A stretch of 63,288 nt of DNA, filler included. It is 5 parts of 5 records of this genome, joined end to end, with 100 filler letters (N's around TTAATTAATTAA, not from the genome) between each part and the next. Parts side by side here need not be neighbours in the genome. Positions count along the whole stretch, not along the records: positions 21,991 to 29,451 come from SRR31156797_4252; positions 29,552 to 47,186 come from SRR31156797_4260; 3 more parts are not named here. One strand, 5' to 3'. How positions within the stretch are numbered: position 1 is the first letter of the stretch; the number at the start of each line of letters is the position of its first letter. The notes below the pieces were generated by a model, which was not told the DNA's origin, searched no databases, and saw only the letters and a list, made by a program, of their open reading frames with translations. The position numbers were made by a program, and so were the translations under genes. Below, piece after piece: positions 22,128-30,862 of this stretch.

Positions 22128-23063
22128 TTATATACTTCCTCTGGTGTTGAGCCATCCAAACATTTTATCAAAGGCATTTTCCCGTGCCGGTTTACCAGAC
22201 AGGAAAACATCATGCACTGCATTTTCAATTTCCACCATCTTTACATCCGGACCCAGCTGCGGTGATATCCTTTTGATATCCTCAACATTTAAGATCACAT
22301 CACTGGTTTGTGCAACCTTTTTATATTTAAATATCCGGGCAGATCTGTTTGAATGCAATACCAGCACCGGGACCTGTATATTTGATGAACGCAATGACCG
22401 TTGCGCCCGAAAAACAGCACTTATCCAAACAAACCAGGTTTGAAACCCATCGATAGGTTTCCATTTGAGGCTATAATCCCATTCACCAAAATGATCCTTG
22501 TGCAGCGACATACCATATGCTGGTGGGATGGTCTTTTTGATAGCTGCACCTGGTGCAATCTTTGCCATTAAGTTTGCAGCAATTCTTGAGAGCGGCCTCA
22601 ACATCGGGGGTTGATTAAAATCGAGAAACGGCGCATTTAAAATCAGGACATCAACCAGGTTTCTGGAGTTACCCTTGTTCATATATATCGCAGAGATCAA
22701 CCCTCCGGTGGAATGTCCAAGAAGGATTAACCTGTTGGGATTGATTGTCTTTATCTTGTCGGTAGCCAGATCGATTTCCTCGAAATAATCCGTGAGATTT
22801 TTACAAAAGTTGGGCCGCTGATGTGGCAAAAGTGAGCGGCCGTGCCTGCGCAGATCAAGCGCATAAAAATCATAACCTTCCCTGTTAAACCGCTCAGCCA
22901 TGTGATCCTGAAAAAAGTAGTCCACATAGCCGTGGATATACAGTACACTTTTTCGGTTTTGGGTATTATTTTTTGATGCGATGAGAGTAGCTTCCACTTC
23001 ACCATCAATGTCATCTTGTAATGAGAGTGTCTCTATTGAATATTTCCGGAGCATTTCGGCCAT
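22128..23063 (-). CDS. Alpha/beta hydrolase (lysophospholipase-like)
   Basis: LYIHGYVDYF, GHSTGG nucleophile elbow, C-terminal HDV. Confidence 0.9.
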   Translation of the reverse strand: MAEMLRKYSIETLSLQDDIDGEVEATLIASKNNTQNRKSVLYIHGYVDYFFQDHMAERFNREGYDFYALDLRRHGRSLLPHQRPNFCKNLTDYFEEIDLATDKIKTINPNRLILLGHSTGGLISAIYMNKGNSRNLVDVLILNAPFLDFNQPPMLRPLSRIAANLMAKIAPGAAIKKTIPPAYGMSLHKDHFGEWDYSLKWKPIDGFQTWFVWISAVFRAQRSLRSSNIQVPVLVLHSNRSARIFKYKKVAQTSDVILNVEDIKRISPQLGPDVKMVEIENAVHDVFLSGKPARENAFDKMFGWLNTRGSI

Positions 23064-23064
23064 G

Positions 23065-24678
23065 TTACTTCATCATAAAATTCATCTCCTGCTTCTTGTA
23101 TTCCCGCATTTGTTTTACAGGCTCTATGATTGTATAACCATCCCACAACTGATCGTCAAACTGGTCAACAAAAATGACTTCCATTTTTTTCTTTTCCTTA
23201 AAATCCGCGAATGCCTCGCCGGAGATTTCGGTGTTATCCAAAACAAGGTATTCCACCGATTCTTTCATCGACATGGCTAAGCGAAACCGCACCTTTACCT
23301 CCATCAATGTTTTATCAAAAAGGAACCGTTTTCTTTTTTTTATCAATGCTATTTTCCGGTTGATACTGGCATTTGAAGCACTGTTATAGGAAAAATATTT
23401 GAGTGCATAAGTGCTGTTCTGCTTCTCAAAATAAATAGAACCGCTAAACTGTGTTTCCGCGTAGCCAACGCCCAATAGTTGAATTTCCAATCCCAGCTTA
23501 CCTGGAGCATAGGCATAATCGGCACGCACCAACGCATAGGTTTTGGTGGCAATGAACAGGCGTCCCTCGTACAGCCCTTTCGCCCTGGGCCTGAAATCAA
23601 TAATATATACTTCCTCGCCATTTACACGGGTTCCACCGGCAAGTGAATATTTATAACGCGCGGTTTTATGCAAAAACTCCCATTGATCTTTATCTTCGAG
23701 GTTTGTGTACCGCTCCTTGCGCACAATACCCCATCTTTGATATTTTACCCATCGCTCATTTCCTTTCAGGGTATCTTCCTGTGGTTCAGCAACTATTGTG
23801 TCAAACTGCGAATTAAATTCCAGTGAATCGCTAACCACGGAATCTTGATCGTTTTCTTCTTCCATATCAAGCTTACCACCAAAAATGCCGCTTCTCGCCT
23901 TCCAGTATTCATCCTCATCTGTGTTGGCAAAGGCATTTTCAAAAATGGCTTCAAGCTGCTTAAGATCGGCAACGTCTTTTTCCATTAATGATACGGTTCT
24001 GATAGGATCAATTTTGAAGGTTACGGAATCCTCCGGATTTTTGTTGTAATACAGATCGCCCAAAAAATCAGTGAAAGAGGTAAAATTGTCCGGGAATTTT
24101 TCTTCCACCAGATCAATCATATCCCTGTCCAGTTGCGGAACCGAGCTTTTTTTATATTTCAACTCAAACCCGGTAATGTCCTGATTATCGCGGTCGCGGA
24201 TAAAAACCTGTCGCCTGCTTGTGGTTAGCTTATAGTTTTTGCTTTTGTTTTCGAGCACCTTTTTTACAATCTCCCTGGGATTTGGGCTGCCCCCGAAAAC
24301 CAGTATTTCGCTGAGGTTGATGATATCCTCTTCCATCAACACATCAGGCGAATGCTTTAACTGTTCGATGGTGCGTTTAACTGTTTTGTAACCCATATAC
24401 TGGAAACGTACAGTATCAGCAAAACCAAGTCCTGAAATATCCATGGCATACTGTCCGTGTTCATTACTCACGGCACCGGTATGCTTGCTCAGCACATAAA
24501 TGTGGGTGTAAGGCAACGGAGCCTTGCTTTTATGATCGAGCACCAGGCCGTGAATTACCAGCGAAGAATCCCCGGAAGGGCTGATTTCCGTTTCGATCTC
24601 CGGGGGGAACAATGTTGCAAATCCTGCCGTGGAAAGCAAAAGCAATAAACCGATGAATGGTATGCACTTCCTGATCAT
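23065..24678 (-). CDS. Carboxypeptidase-regulatory-like domain exported protein
   Basis: Signal peptide; GLVLDHKSKAPLPY..GAVSNEHGQY..YMGYKT pattern. Confidence 0.75.
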   Translation of the reverse strand: MIRKCIPFIGLLLLLSTAGFATLFPPEIETEISPSGDSSLVIHGLVLDHKSKAPLPYTHIYVLSKHTGAVSNEHGQYAMDISGLGFADTVRFQYMGYKTVKRTIEQLKHSPDVLMEEDIINLSEILVFGGSPNPREIVKKVLENKSKNYKLTTSRRQVFIRDRDNQDITGFELKYKKSSVPQLDRDMIDLVEEKFPDNFTSFTDFLGDLYYNKNPEDSVTFKIDPIRTVSLMEKDVADLKQLEAIFENAFANTDEDEYWKARSGIFGGKLDMEEENDQDSVVSDSLEFNSQFDTIVAEPQEDTLKGNERWVKYQRWGIVRKERYTNLEDKDQWEFLHKTARYKYSLAGGTRVNGEEVYIIDFRPRAKGLYEGRLFIATKTYALVRADYAYAPGKLGLEIQLLGVGYAETQFSGSIYFEKQNSTYALKYFSYNSASNASINRKIALIKKRKRFLFDKTLMEVKVRFRLAMSMKESVEYLVLDNTEISGEAFADFKEKKKMEVIFVDQFDDQLWDGYTIIEPVKQMREYKKQEMNFMMK

Positions 24679-25111
24679 TTGGTTGAAATATTAACGGTTA
24701 CAATATACAAACATTTGCGGTTCCTGACAAACCCGGAAAATCCATAAAAGACGACTTTTCTTGCCATGTCATTCAGGATGTGTTAATGCTAAACTGATGA
24801 TTTAGTGAATGATGCCGGCTTAACCAATCACCGCATTAAACAATTATCCGCAAGACGATCAGGACGTGATTTTGTTACATCCCGAATACCCTGCAATAAA
24901 CAAATCCTTGCAGTGTTGATATTCAAACCATCTCCGGTTTTATGGCGGCTCCTGGAAATATTTTATTTTAGCAGGTGAATTATCAAAACCTGTGAACATG
25001 AAAAATTTTACCATAATCCGTGTGAACCTTAAGCCCCCTGTTTCGGGTTGTCATTTCAACTGAGCAGAAAGCGGGTTTTGGATGTGATTTTGATAAAAAT
25101 ACACAAACCTG

Positions 25112-25174
25112 AACATATCTGCAGTATGATGTTGGATATGTTTGGAAAAGTGGAATATATTATGAGTTAGTAGC
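25112..25174 (+). mobile_element. attI-like primary recombination site of cassette array
   Basis: Core GTTAGTAGC (25166-25174) is the reverse complement of GCTACTAAC at the end of the first gene; no attC-type left arm upstream; 8-bp inverted repeat AACATATC/GATATGTT at 25112-25142. Confidence 0.6.
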
Positions 25175-25202
25175 AACTTTTAAAAAGACAAAAATTTACA
25201 AA

Positions 25203-26588
25203 TTGAAAAGACATTTAATCATACTAAGTTTTCTTCTAATTGCAATTTCTTCATTTTCTGATTATCGATTAACTCGGGGACCCAACATTGGAGAGGTATA
25301 TTATATTGGACCAACTTACAGTGGATTGGGCATTTACCACTCGACTGATTTTGGGAATACTGCAGTTTGTGTTGATAGTACAACTAATGCAACAGGAGTT
25401 GTTGCAGACTTATCAGAAGGAGTGCTTTATTACAGAAACATGGGAGAGGCATTATATATTTCTTATAATCACGGTCAACAAGGAACATGGCAACTTCAAA
25501 ATGGTGGGATTTACCCTGGATTCGCAAGCGGCAGAATAGAAGGAGAAATTTACAACATTATCGTTTCTCATAGTGATAATTATGGCGAAACTTTTAATCC
25601 ACATAGTTACAATGGCTTTTTTGGCAACTACTTTGAAAGCGAAATAGACAACCAACCAGATATTGGATACCTGCTTACCTACAAATCAAGTGTTGCAGAT
25701 TCTGTATACTTATTGAAATCAATTGACAATTATGAAAATTTAGAATTAAATCGGGTTTTTAACTTCCATTGGAACGATGCAATTACTCTGACCAGAGGAA
25801 CAAATAGTGGAGAGTTATATTTATTGAATAGCACCAATCGTGAACTATGGTTTACTAATGACTTTTCAGAAAGCTGGATTAAAGTGGACAACATTAATTT
25901 TGGTAGCAGCCCTTATGGAGCTACAATAGTCGGAGGAAGACAAAATGGAGAAGTCTATATTAAATATGACTTTGTTAATTTAATGTGGCAAAATGCCCAT
26001 ACTTACATTTTCCACTCAACTGACTATGGGAAAACCTTTGAAGTTTTCCATCCTTTTGGAAAAGGAAATGAACCTGTTTTAGCAAATTTCTCTACAACAG
26101 AAAATGAGGTTTTATTGACAACCCCTGTTGCATTTTCAAACTTTTCAATAGGCAATATTTTGGAATATCAATGGGACTTTGAAAACGATGGAGTAATTGA
26201 CTCTTATGATGAATTTCCAACTCACACTTATCAAGATACGGGTTATTATTCTGTGAAACTTTCAGTGGTAGGAGCAGACAGCACAAATACCTTCATTAAA
26301 GAAAATTACATTCATGTCATTGACACCATAACAAGTAGTCCTGACTTAAATTATCAGGCAGTTAGTGTCTCGCCAAATCCTTTCAATAAAAGAATTTCAA
26401 TTGAATTAAGACAAGATTTTGAAATGATTGAAATTCTTGACTTAAATGGAAAAAGTCATTTTTCAAAAAAAATATACCCGGAAAACAAGATTGAAATCCT
26501 TGACTTGAAACAATTGAAGAAGGGAATATTCATCTTGAAAATTAGGACTAAAGGAAAAGACATTACGAAGAAAATAATAAAGAATTAA
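25203..26588 (+). CDS. Cassette 1: secreted protein with BNR-like motifs, PKD domain and T9SS type-A C-terminal domain
   Basis: Signal peptide; STDFG/STDYG; YQWDFENDG..PTHTYQDTGYYSVKL; SPNPF..KGIFILKI..TKKIIKN; TTG start. Confidence 0.85.
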   Translation: MKRHLIILSFLLIAISSFSDYRLTRGPNIGEVYYIGPTYSGLGIYHSTDFGNTAVCVDSTTNATGVVADLSEGVLYYRNMGEALYISYNHGQQGTWQLQNGGIYPGFASGRIEGEIYNIIVSHSDNYGETFNPHSYNGFFGNYFESEIDNQPDIGYLLTYKSSVADSVYLLKSIDNYENLELNRVFNFHWNDAITLTRGTNSGELYLLNSTNRELWFTNDFSESWIKVDNINFGSSPYGATIVGGRQNGEVYIKYDFVNLMWQNAHTYIFHSTDYGKTFEVFHPFGKGNEPVLANFSTTENEVLLTTPVAFSNFSIGNILEYQWDFENDGVIDSYDEFPTHTYQDTGYYSVKLSVVGADSTNTFIKENYIHVIDTITSSPDLNYQAVSVSPNPFNKRISIELRQDFEMIEILDLNGKSHFSKKIYPENKIEILDLKQLKKGIFILKIRTKGKDITKKIIKN

Positions 26589-26597
26589 GAAAAAGCA

Positions 26598-26736
26598 GCT
26601 ACTAACAGCCCATGATAGCCCATAGCCGGCTTACGGATCATCAAGAAAAAGAATTGTAAATTTGAGCATATGTAACATCAACGAACATCAGAGTAAAGAA
26701 ACGGCTACGGGCCATATGGGCAAAACGTTGGCAACC
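26598..26736 (+). mobile_element. attC-like site 1
   Basis: GCTACTAAC-A-GCCCATgATAGCCCATAGCCG..CGGCTACGGGCCATATGGGC-AAAAC-GTTGGCAACC imperfect palindrome. Confidence 0.85.
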
Positions 26737-26755
26737 ATATAAGCATGTATGTAAA

Positions 26756-27541
26756 ATGAAAAATATCATACTATTAATATTAGCAACACTTCTTTCGAAT
26801 CTAAACATCTTCGGACAAACTCGAGTTATTTCTGGGAGAGTGATAACTGAGTATTTAGAACCATTACCTATGTTAGACATTCAAAATTCTGATGCAAAAA
26901 TCCTAGGTAAAACAGATATGGATGGGAGGTTTAAATTTAGCATTCCTCAAGAAACGGACAGTTTGCTGTTTCGCTATATCGGCTTGGAGCGGACTGATAT
27001 AAAATTAAAGCACGATTGCGACACAATAGAAGTTATCATGTTTTATAGTGGATCCTCTCATTGGTCCTTTAATAAAATAGATAGAATTCGCAAGAAAAGA
27101 TTTGATGAATTACCCAACATACATACTATTGCAGTAAAAGAAGGGCTATTTACGACTAATTCTAATTGCTATGAAAGAGAATTTAAACCTGATAAACCAG
27201 AACTGAAAGTGATTAGTAAGTATTTAAAAGAATTAAGGAAAGCTAACAAAAATGATTTTAAAGAATTAAAAATCGGTGACATTGTAAAAATACCATTTGG
27301 AGTAAACAGCTCGGAAAAAAGTATTAGTAGTACTTATTCACTTTGCGAGAATTGTACTGAGGAAGATTATGATTACGTAATTACTGGAAAGATTATTAAT
27401 AAATACAGAAGAAATTTTACTCTTAAAATTGAGATTACAGAAATGCAACAATATGACTCCTTAGAATATAGAGGGAAGACTTTAAAAATCGGCAATGATT
27501 TTAAATATGAGATGAGAATTTTTAAAGTGATAATAAATTAA
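26756..27541 (+). CDS. Cassette 2: exported hypothetical protein with carboxypeptidase-regulatory-like N-terminal domain
   Basis: Signal peptide; ISGRVI..EPLP..TDMDGRF..FRYIG. Confidence 0.75.
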   Translation: MKNIILLILATLLSNLNIFGQTRVISGRVITEYLEPLPMLDIQNSDAKILGKTDMDGRFKFSIPQETDSLLFRYIGLERTDIKLKHDCDTIEVIMFYSGSSHWSFNKIDRIRKKRFDELPNIHTIAVKEGLFTTNSNCYEREFKPDKPELKVISKYLKELRKANKNDFKELKIGDIVKIPFGVNSSEKSISSTYSLCENCTEEDYDYVITGKIINKYRRNFTLKIEITEMQQYDSLEYRGKTLKIGNDFKYEMRIFKVIIN

Positions 27542-27544
27542 AAC

Positions 27545-27670
27545 GGTTGCCAACAAAAGCTAAACACCATAAGGGTTTTGGCGCATTAGAAATGAATAAG
27601 AATACGTAAAAAAAATAAAACAAAATAGGGAAAAGCTCCTTACAGTGCTTAGCCCCGACCGTTGTGGGTA
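27545..27670 (+). mobile_element. attC-like site 2
   Basis: GGTTGCCAAC-AAAA-GCTAAACACCATAAGG..CCTTACAGTGCTTAGC-CCCGACC-GTTGTGGGTA. Confidence 0.85.
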
Positions 27671-27706
27671 ATGCAACCAAAGACATAGACGTAAGATGAA
27701 TTAAAT

Positions 27707-28363
27707 ATGAAATACACAGAAGACATAGTAAAAAAAGCAGCGAAGGATGCATATTTGAATGGTGATGTAAAATTTGAGATTTTAACTGAAAATTGTGCGT
27801 TGATTGTGATTGACATGCAAGATGAATTCGTAAAGCCAGAGTGGACATCCTCTTGGATTCCTGAAGCGACAAAACAAGTAACAAAAATAAAAATCCTAAT
27901 AGATTTCTGTAGACAAAAAAAAATCCCAGTAATTTATACAGCATTCAAGGATACTCATTTGTACAAAGACAGACCAAAAACAGGAGATTTGATGCCGAAT
28001 AGATATCCTGAATTAGGAGAAGACTCAACTTGGTTTAAGCAAGGGAAGATATGGCATGAATTAGAACCTAATGAACATGATATTGTGATTTACAAGCCAT
28101 CTTATGGTGCTTTCTATGATACTCCATTAGAGACAATTCTAAAAAACTTAGAAAAGGATACGATTATAATTTGCGGTACACTGACGAATTATTGCTGTGG
28201 AACAACTGCGAGACAGGGATATGAGCGAGGTTTTAAAGTACTTTTTGGGAGTGATGTGACTTCAACCGATGATCCAGAGATGCAAGAACCTGAATTAAAA
28301 GTATTAAGAAAAGGATTTGCAAAGGTTATGACTTTAAACGACATACAAAATCACATAGGATAA
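27707..28363 (+). CDS. Cassette 3: isochorismatase-family cysteine hydrolase
   Basis: ALIVIDMQDEF, KPSYGAFYDT, GTLTNYCCGTTARQG (D-K-C triad). Confidence 0.92.
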   Translation: MKYTEDIVKKAAKDAYLNGDVKFEILTENCALIVIDMQDEFVKPEWTSSWIPEATKQVTKIKILIDFCRQKKIPVIYTAFKDTHLYKDRPKTGDLMPNRYPELGEDSTWFKQGKIWHELEPNEHDIVIYKPSYGAFYDTPLETILKNLEKDTIIICGTLTNYCCGTTARQGYERGFKVLFGSDVTSTDDPEMQEPELKVLRKGFAKVMTLNDIQNHIG

Positions 28364-28369
28364 TGCACA

Positions 28370-28506
28370 TACCCACAACAGCCAATATAGAAAATAGCTG
28401 GGCAGTAGGTTTTCGAACTTCGGTAGCCCGCATCAGGCTTTTATCTCGGTAGATAGGAACGTAGCCCGTATTCCGCTAATTTCCATATTGGCAACACGTT
28501 AGCTGC
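28370..28506 (+). mobile_element. attC-like site 3
   Basis: TACCCACAAC-A-GCCAATATAGAAAATAGC..GCTAATTTCCATATTGGC-AACAC-GTTAGCTGC. Confidence 0.85.
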
Positions 28507-28514
28507 AAGGCAAA

Positions 28515-29426
28515 ATGACAGACATGAGAGATATTTACTCAAAAAGAAATAAAAGTGTTCCTGATAAACTTGTCTATAACCAAATTGACGAGAAACTACG
28601 TGTTCAAATTATCAGGACATGGTGGAAGTTTTTTAATCAGTATGATGAAGAAACATCTGAAAAACTATGGTTCAAAATCAATAGTATAATCTGTGACGAA
28701 CACGGAAAACATACTCTCCTTGCAGATGACCTAAGAAGATGGAAGGAGAGTTACAGGTGCCAATATTACTTTGAGAACTTGGAATCTTTAGACGAATCTT
28801 TTGATGTCATTGAAATTGTATTCAGAGCTATATCTAAAATTCCCGAAGTCATTCATCTAAGAATATCTCCAAGACCAGATGAAGTAATAGCTGAGCTAAA
28901 CGAGAGATTTCGAGAAAACGACTTTGGTTATGAATTTACTAAAGGCATGATAGTTAGGGTGGACAATAAACTGCTTCATAAGGACATAGTAAATCAAGTA
29001 ATCCAATTAACTAATGACAGTTTTTTTTCAAATGCAAATGAAGAGTTTCTGTCTGCTTTGAATCATTTGAGACATGGGCGTAATAAAGAAGCCTTAAACG
29101 ATAGCCTAAAGTCATTTGAATCCACTATGAAAATAATAATCCACGACATGGGTTGGGATTATAATGAAAATGACACCGCAAGTAAATTGATTCAAAAATG
29201 CCTTGACAATGAACTGATTCCGAAATCCCTTCAAAGTCAATTTTCTGCACTAAGAACAACTCTTGAAGCAGGTATACCGACCATTCGAAATAAGAATAGC
29301 GGACATGGACAAGGTCCTAAGAAAATCGTAGTTCCTGACAGCTTAGCGACCTATTCAATTTACATGACCGGGACGTGCATTAATTATCTAATCGAATTGT
29401 ACAAAGAAAAAAAGCCCAGCAGCTAA
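28515..29426 (+). CDS. Cassette 4: STM4504/CBY_0614-like protein with abortive-infection-like C-terminal domain
   Basis: IYSKRN..LRVQII N-terminus; ELNERFRE..GYEF; KSFESTMK; PTIRNKNSGHGQG (RxxxxxH); stop codon lies within inverse core. Confidence 0.7.
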   Translation: MTDMRDIYSKRNKSVPDKLVYNQIDEKLRVQIIRTWWKFFNQYDEETSEKLWFKINSIICDEHGKHTLLADDLRRWKESYRCQYYFENLESLDESFDVIEIVFRAISKIPEVIHLRISPRPDEVIAELNERFRENDFGYEFTKGMIVRVDNKLLHKDIVNQVIQLTNDSFFSNANEEFLSALNHLRHGRNKEALNDSLKSFESTMKIIIHDMGWDYNENDTASKLIQKCLDNELIPKSLQSQFSALRTTLEAGIPTIRNKNSGHGQGPKKIVVPDSLATYSIYMTGTCINYLIELYKEKKPSS

Positions 29427-29451
29427 TCGAGTAGACGGCCCCGGCCATGAA
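29426..29451 (-). mobile_element. 3' end of putative group IIC intron inserted in attC-like site 4
   Basis: Reverse strand ..GGCCGGGGCCGTCTACTCGAT|TAGCTGC; replaces the hairpin arm expected after GCAGCTAA. Confidence 0.65.
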
Positions 29452-29551
29452 NNNNNNNNNNNNNNNNNNNNNNNNNNNNNNNNNNNNNNNNNNNNTTAAT
29501 TAATTAANNNNNNNNNNNNNNNNNNNNNNNNNNNNNNNNNNNNNNNNNNNN
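29452..29551. other. Artificial contig spacer
   Basis: N-run with TTAATTAATTAA. Confidence 0.99.
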
Positions 29552-30193
29552 TTCAAATGCAGTACCAGCATCTAAACCTTTGCCTAAAACAGTTTGTGAA
29601 ATCAAATCAGGATTTTCCAGTACTTCATTATGAGATACTGATGAACCAACTGTTGTAACAATACCTTCACCAACACGGGCGATAATTGTTTCTTCTCCTG
29701 CACCACCAACTAATCTCTCTATATTAGCACGTACTGTAACTCTTGCTTTAGCACGGAGCTCAATACCATTCTTTGCAATTGCTGCAACGATTGGTGTTTC
29801 AATGATTTTTGGTTGAACGCTCATTTTGACCGCTGTCAAAACATCTCGACCAGCTAGGTCAATAGCACATGCTCTCTCAAAACCTAGGTCAATGCCTGCA
29901 CGCTGTGACGCGATAAGTGCAGATACTACTCTGTCTACTCTACCGCCTGCTAATAGATGAGCTTCCAGCTTATCTATTGATAAACTAAGTCCTGCTTTTA
30001 CTGCCATAATCATCGGATTGATTACTCTTGTTGGCGATACTCTTCTCAGACGCATACCAATCAATTGGATAATGCTGACCTTTACTCCTGAAGCTGATGC
30101 TGTAATCCATAATCTTACTGGAATAAAAGAGAATACGATTGCTAGAAATACAAAAACAATTATTATAATTGCAATAACTAAACCTTGACCCAT
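29552..30193 (-). CDS. floA: Flotillin-like protein FloA (YqfA), 3'-truncated
   Basis: [44 protein letters not shown]. Confidence 0.93.
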
Positions 30194-30225
30194 TTTTAAT
30201 ACCTGCCTTTTTTATTATTTTGTTA

Positions 30226-30741
30226 TTAATTTTCCTTTATTACAACAATGCGATATCCTTCAACTTTTTCTATTTTCACATCGCTGCCTTTGTCGATAAA
30301 AACTCCATCCGTTACTACTGCCAGTCTGACTCCGTCGAAGTCACATGTACCCGCTGGTCTTAAGTGAGTCAATGCTACACCTCTTTTGCCAACGAAATAC
30401 TTCATATCATTATGACTTATGTATCCTTGTTCGCTGGTTTCAGCATTTTTATTCACTAGTTTCGATTTATATATTGCTCCCTTGCTTGCACTTCTCATTA
30501 TTATTATTGCCAATATAGTCAGTATCATCAGAATAATCAAAAAGATTACTAATCCTTCATAAAAATTACCTGCACTTAATACAATTCCCATTAATAATAG
30601 GATTAATCCAGTTATTCCCGGAAAGGCAAATCCTGGCGTAAACATTTCAATTACTATAAATATAAAACCAACAATATAGCATAGCGTTGCAATCCAAGTT
30701 AAATCCCCGAAAAAAGCCATTATATTTTCCCACGCTCCCAT
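30226..30741 (-). CDS. NfeD-like membrane protein
   Basis: EMFTPGF TMs; ALTHLRPAG..VEGYRIVV OB-fold; directly upstream of floA. Confidence 0.88.
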   Translation of the reverse strand: MGAWENIMAFFGDLTWIATLCYIVGFIFIVIEMFTPGFAFPGITGLILLLMGIVLSAGNFYEGLVIFLIILMILTILAIIIMRSASKGAIYKSKLVNKNAETSEQGYISHNDMKYFVGKRGVALTHLRPAGTCDFDGVRLAVVTDGVFIDKGSDVKIEKVEGYRIVVIKEN

Positions 30742-30862
30742 AGTGTTACCTCCTGTCTAATTAGTCAATAATTCCTATAACTAATTTATATATCTATAAT
30801 ACAATTCTTTATGTGAAATTTCATAGTAATTTACTACACAATACATATAACTGTTCAAAATG

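Noticed and set aside
24998-25063. 21-codon ORF upstream of the cassette array
   Set aside because: Too short, no recognisable motif, no visible integrase similarity.
25150-25170. dif-like TATATTATG next to the first core site
   Set aside because: Only a partial match; lacks the TTAAAT end of the XerD arm and a recognisable XerC arm.
26641-27944. Minus-strand ORFs spanning att-like sites (26641-26880, 27522-27944)
   Set aside because: They overlap better-supported plus-strand genes and hairpins and have no recognisable protein features.
26598-28506. CRISPR array or simple terminators as explanation for the intergenic palindromes
   Set aside because: Repeats are not sequence-identical, the intervening units are whole genes, there are no T-tracts after the stems, and cores pair across genes.
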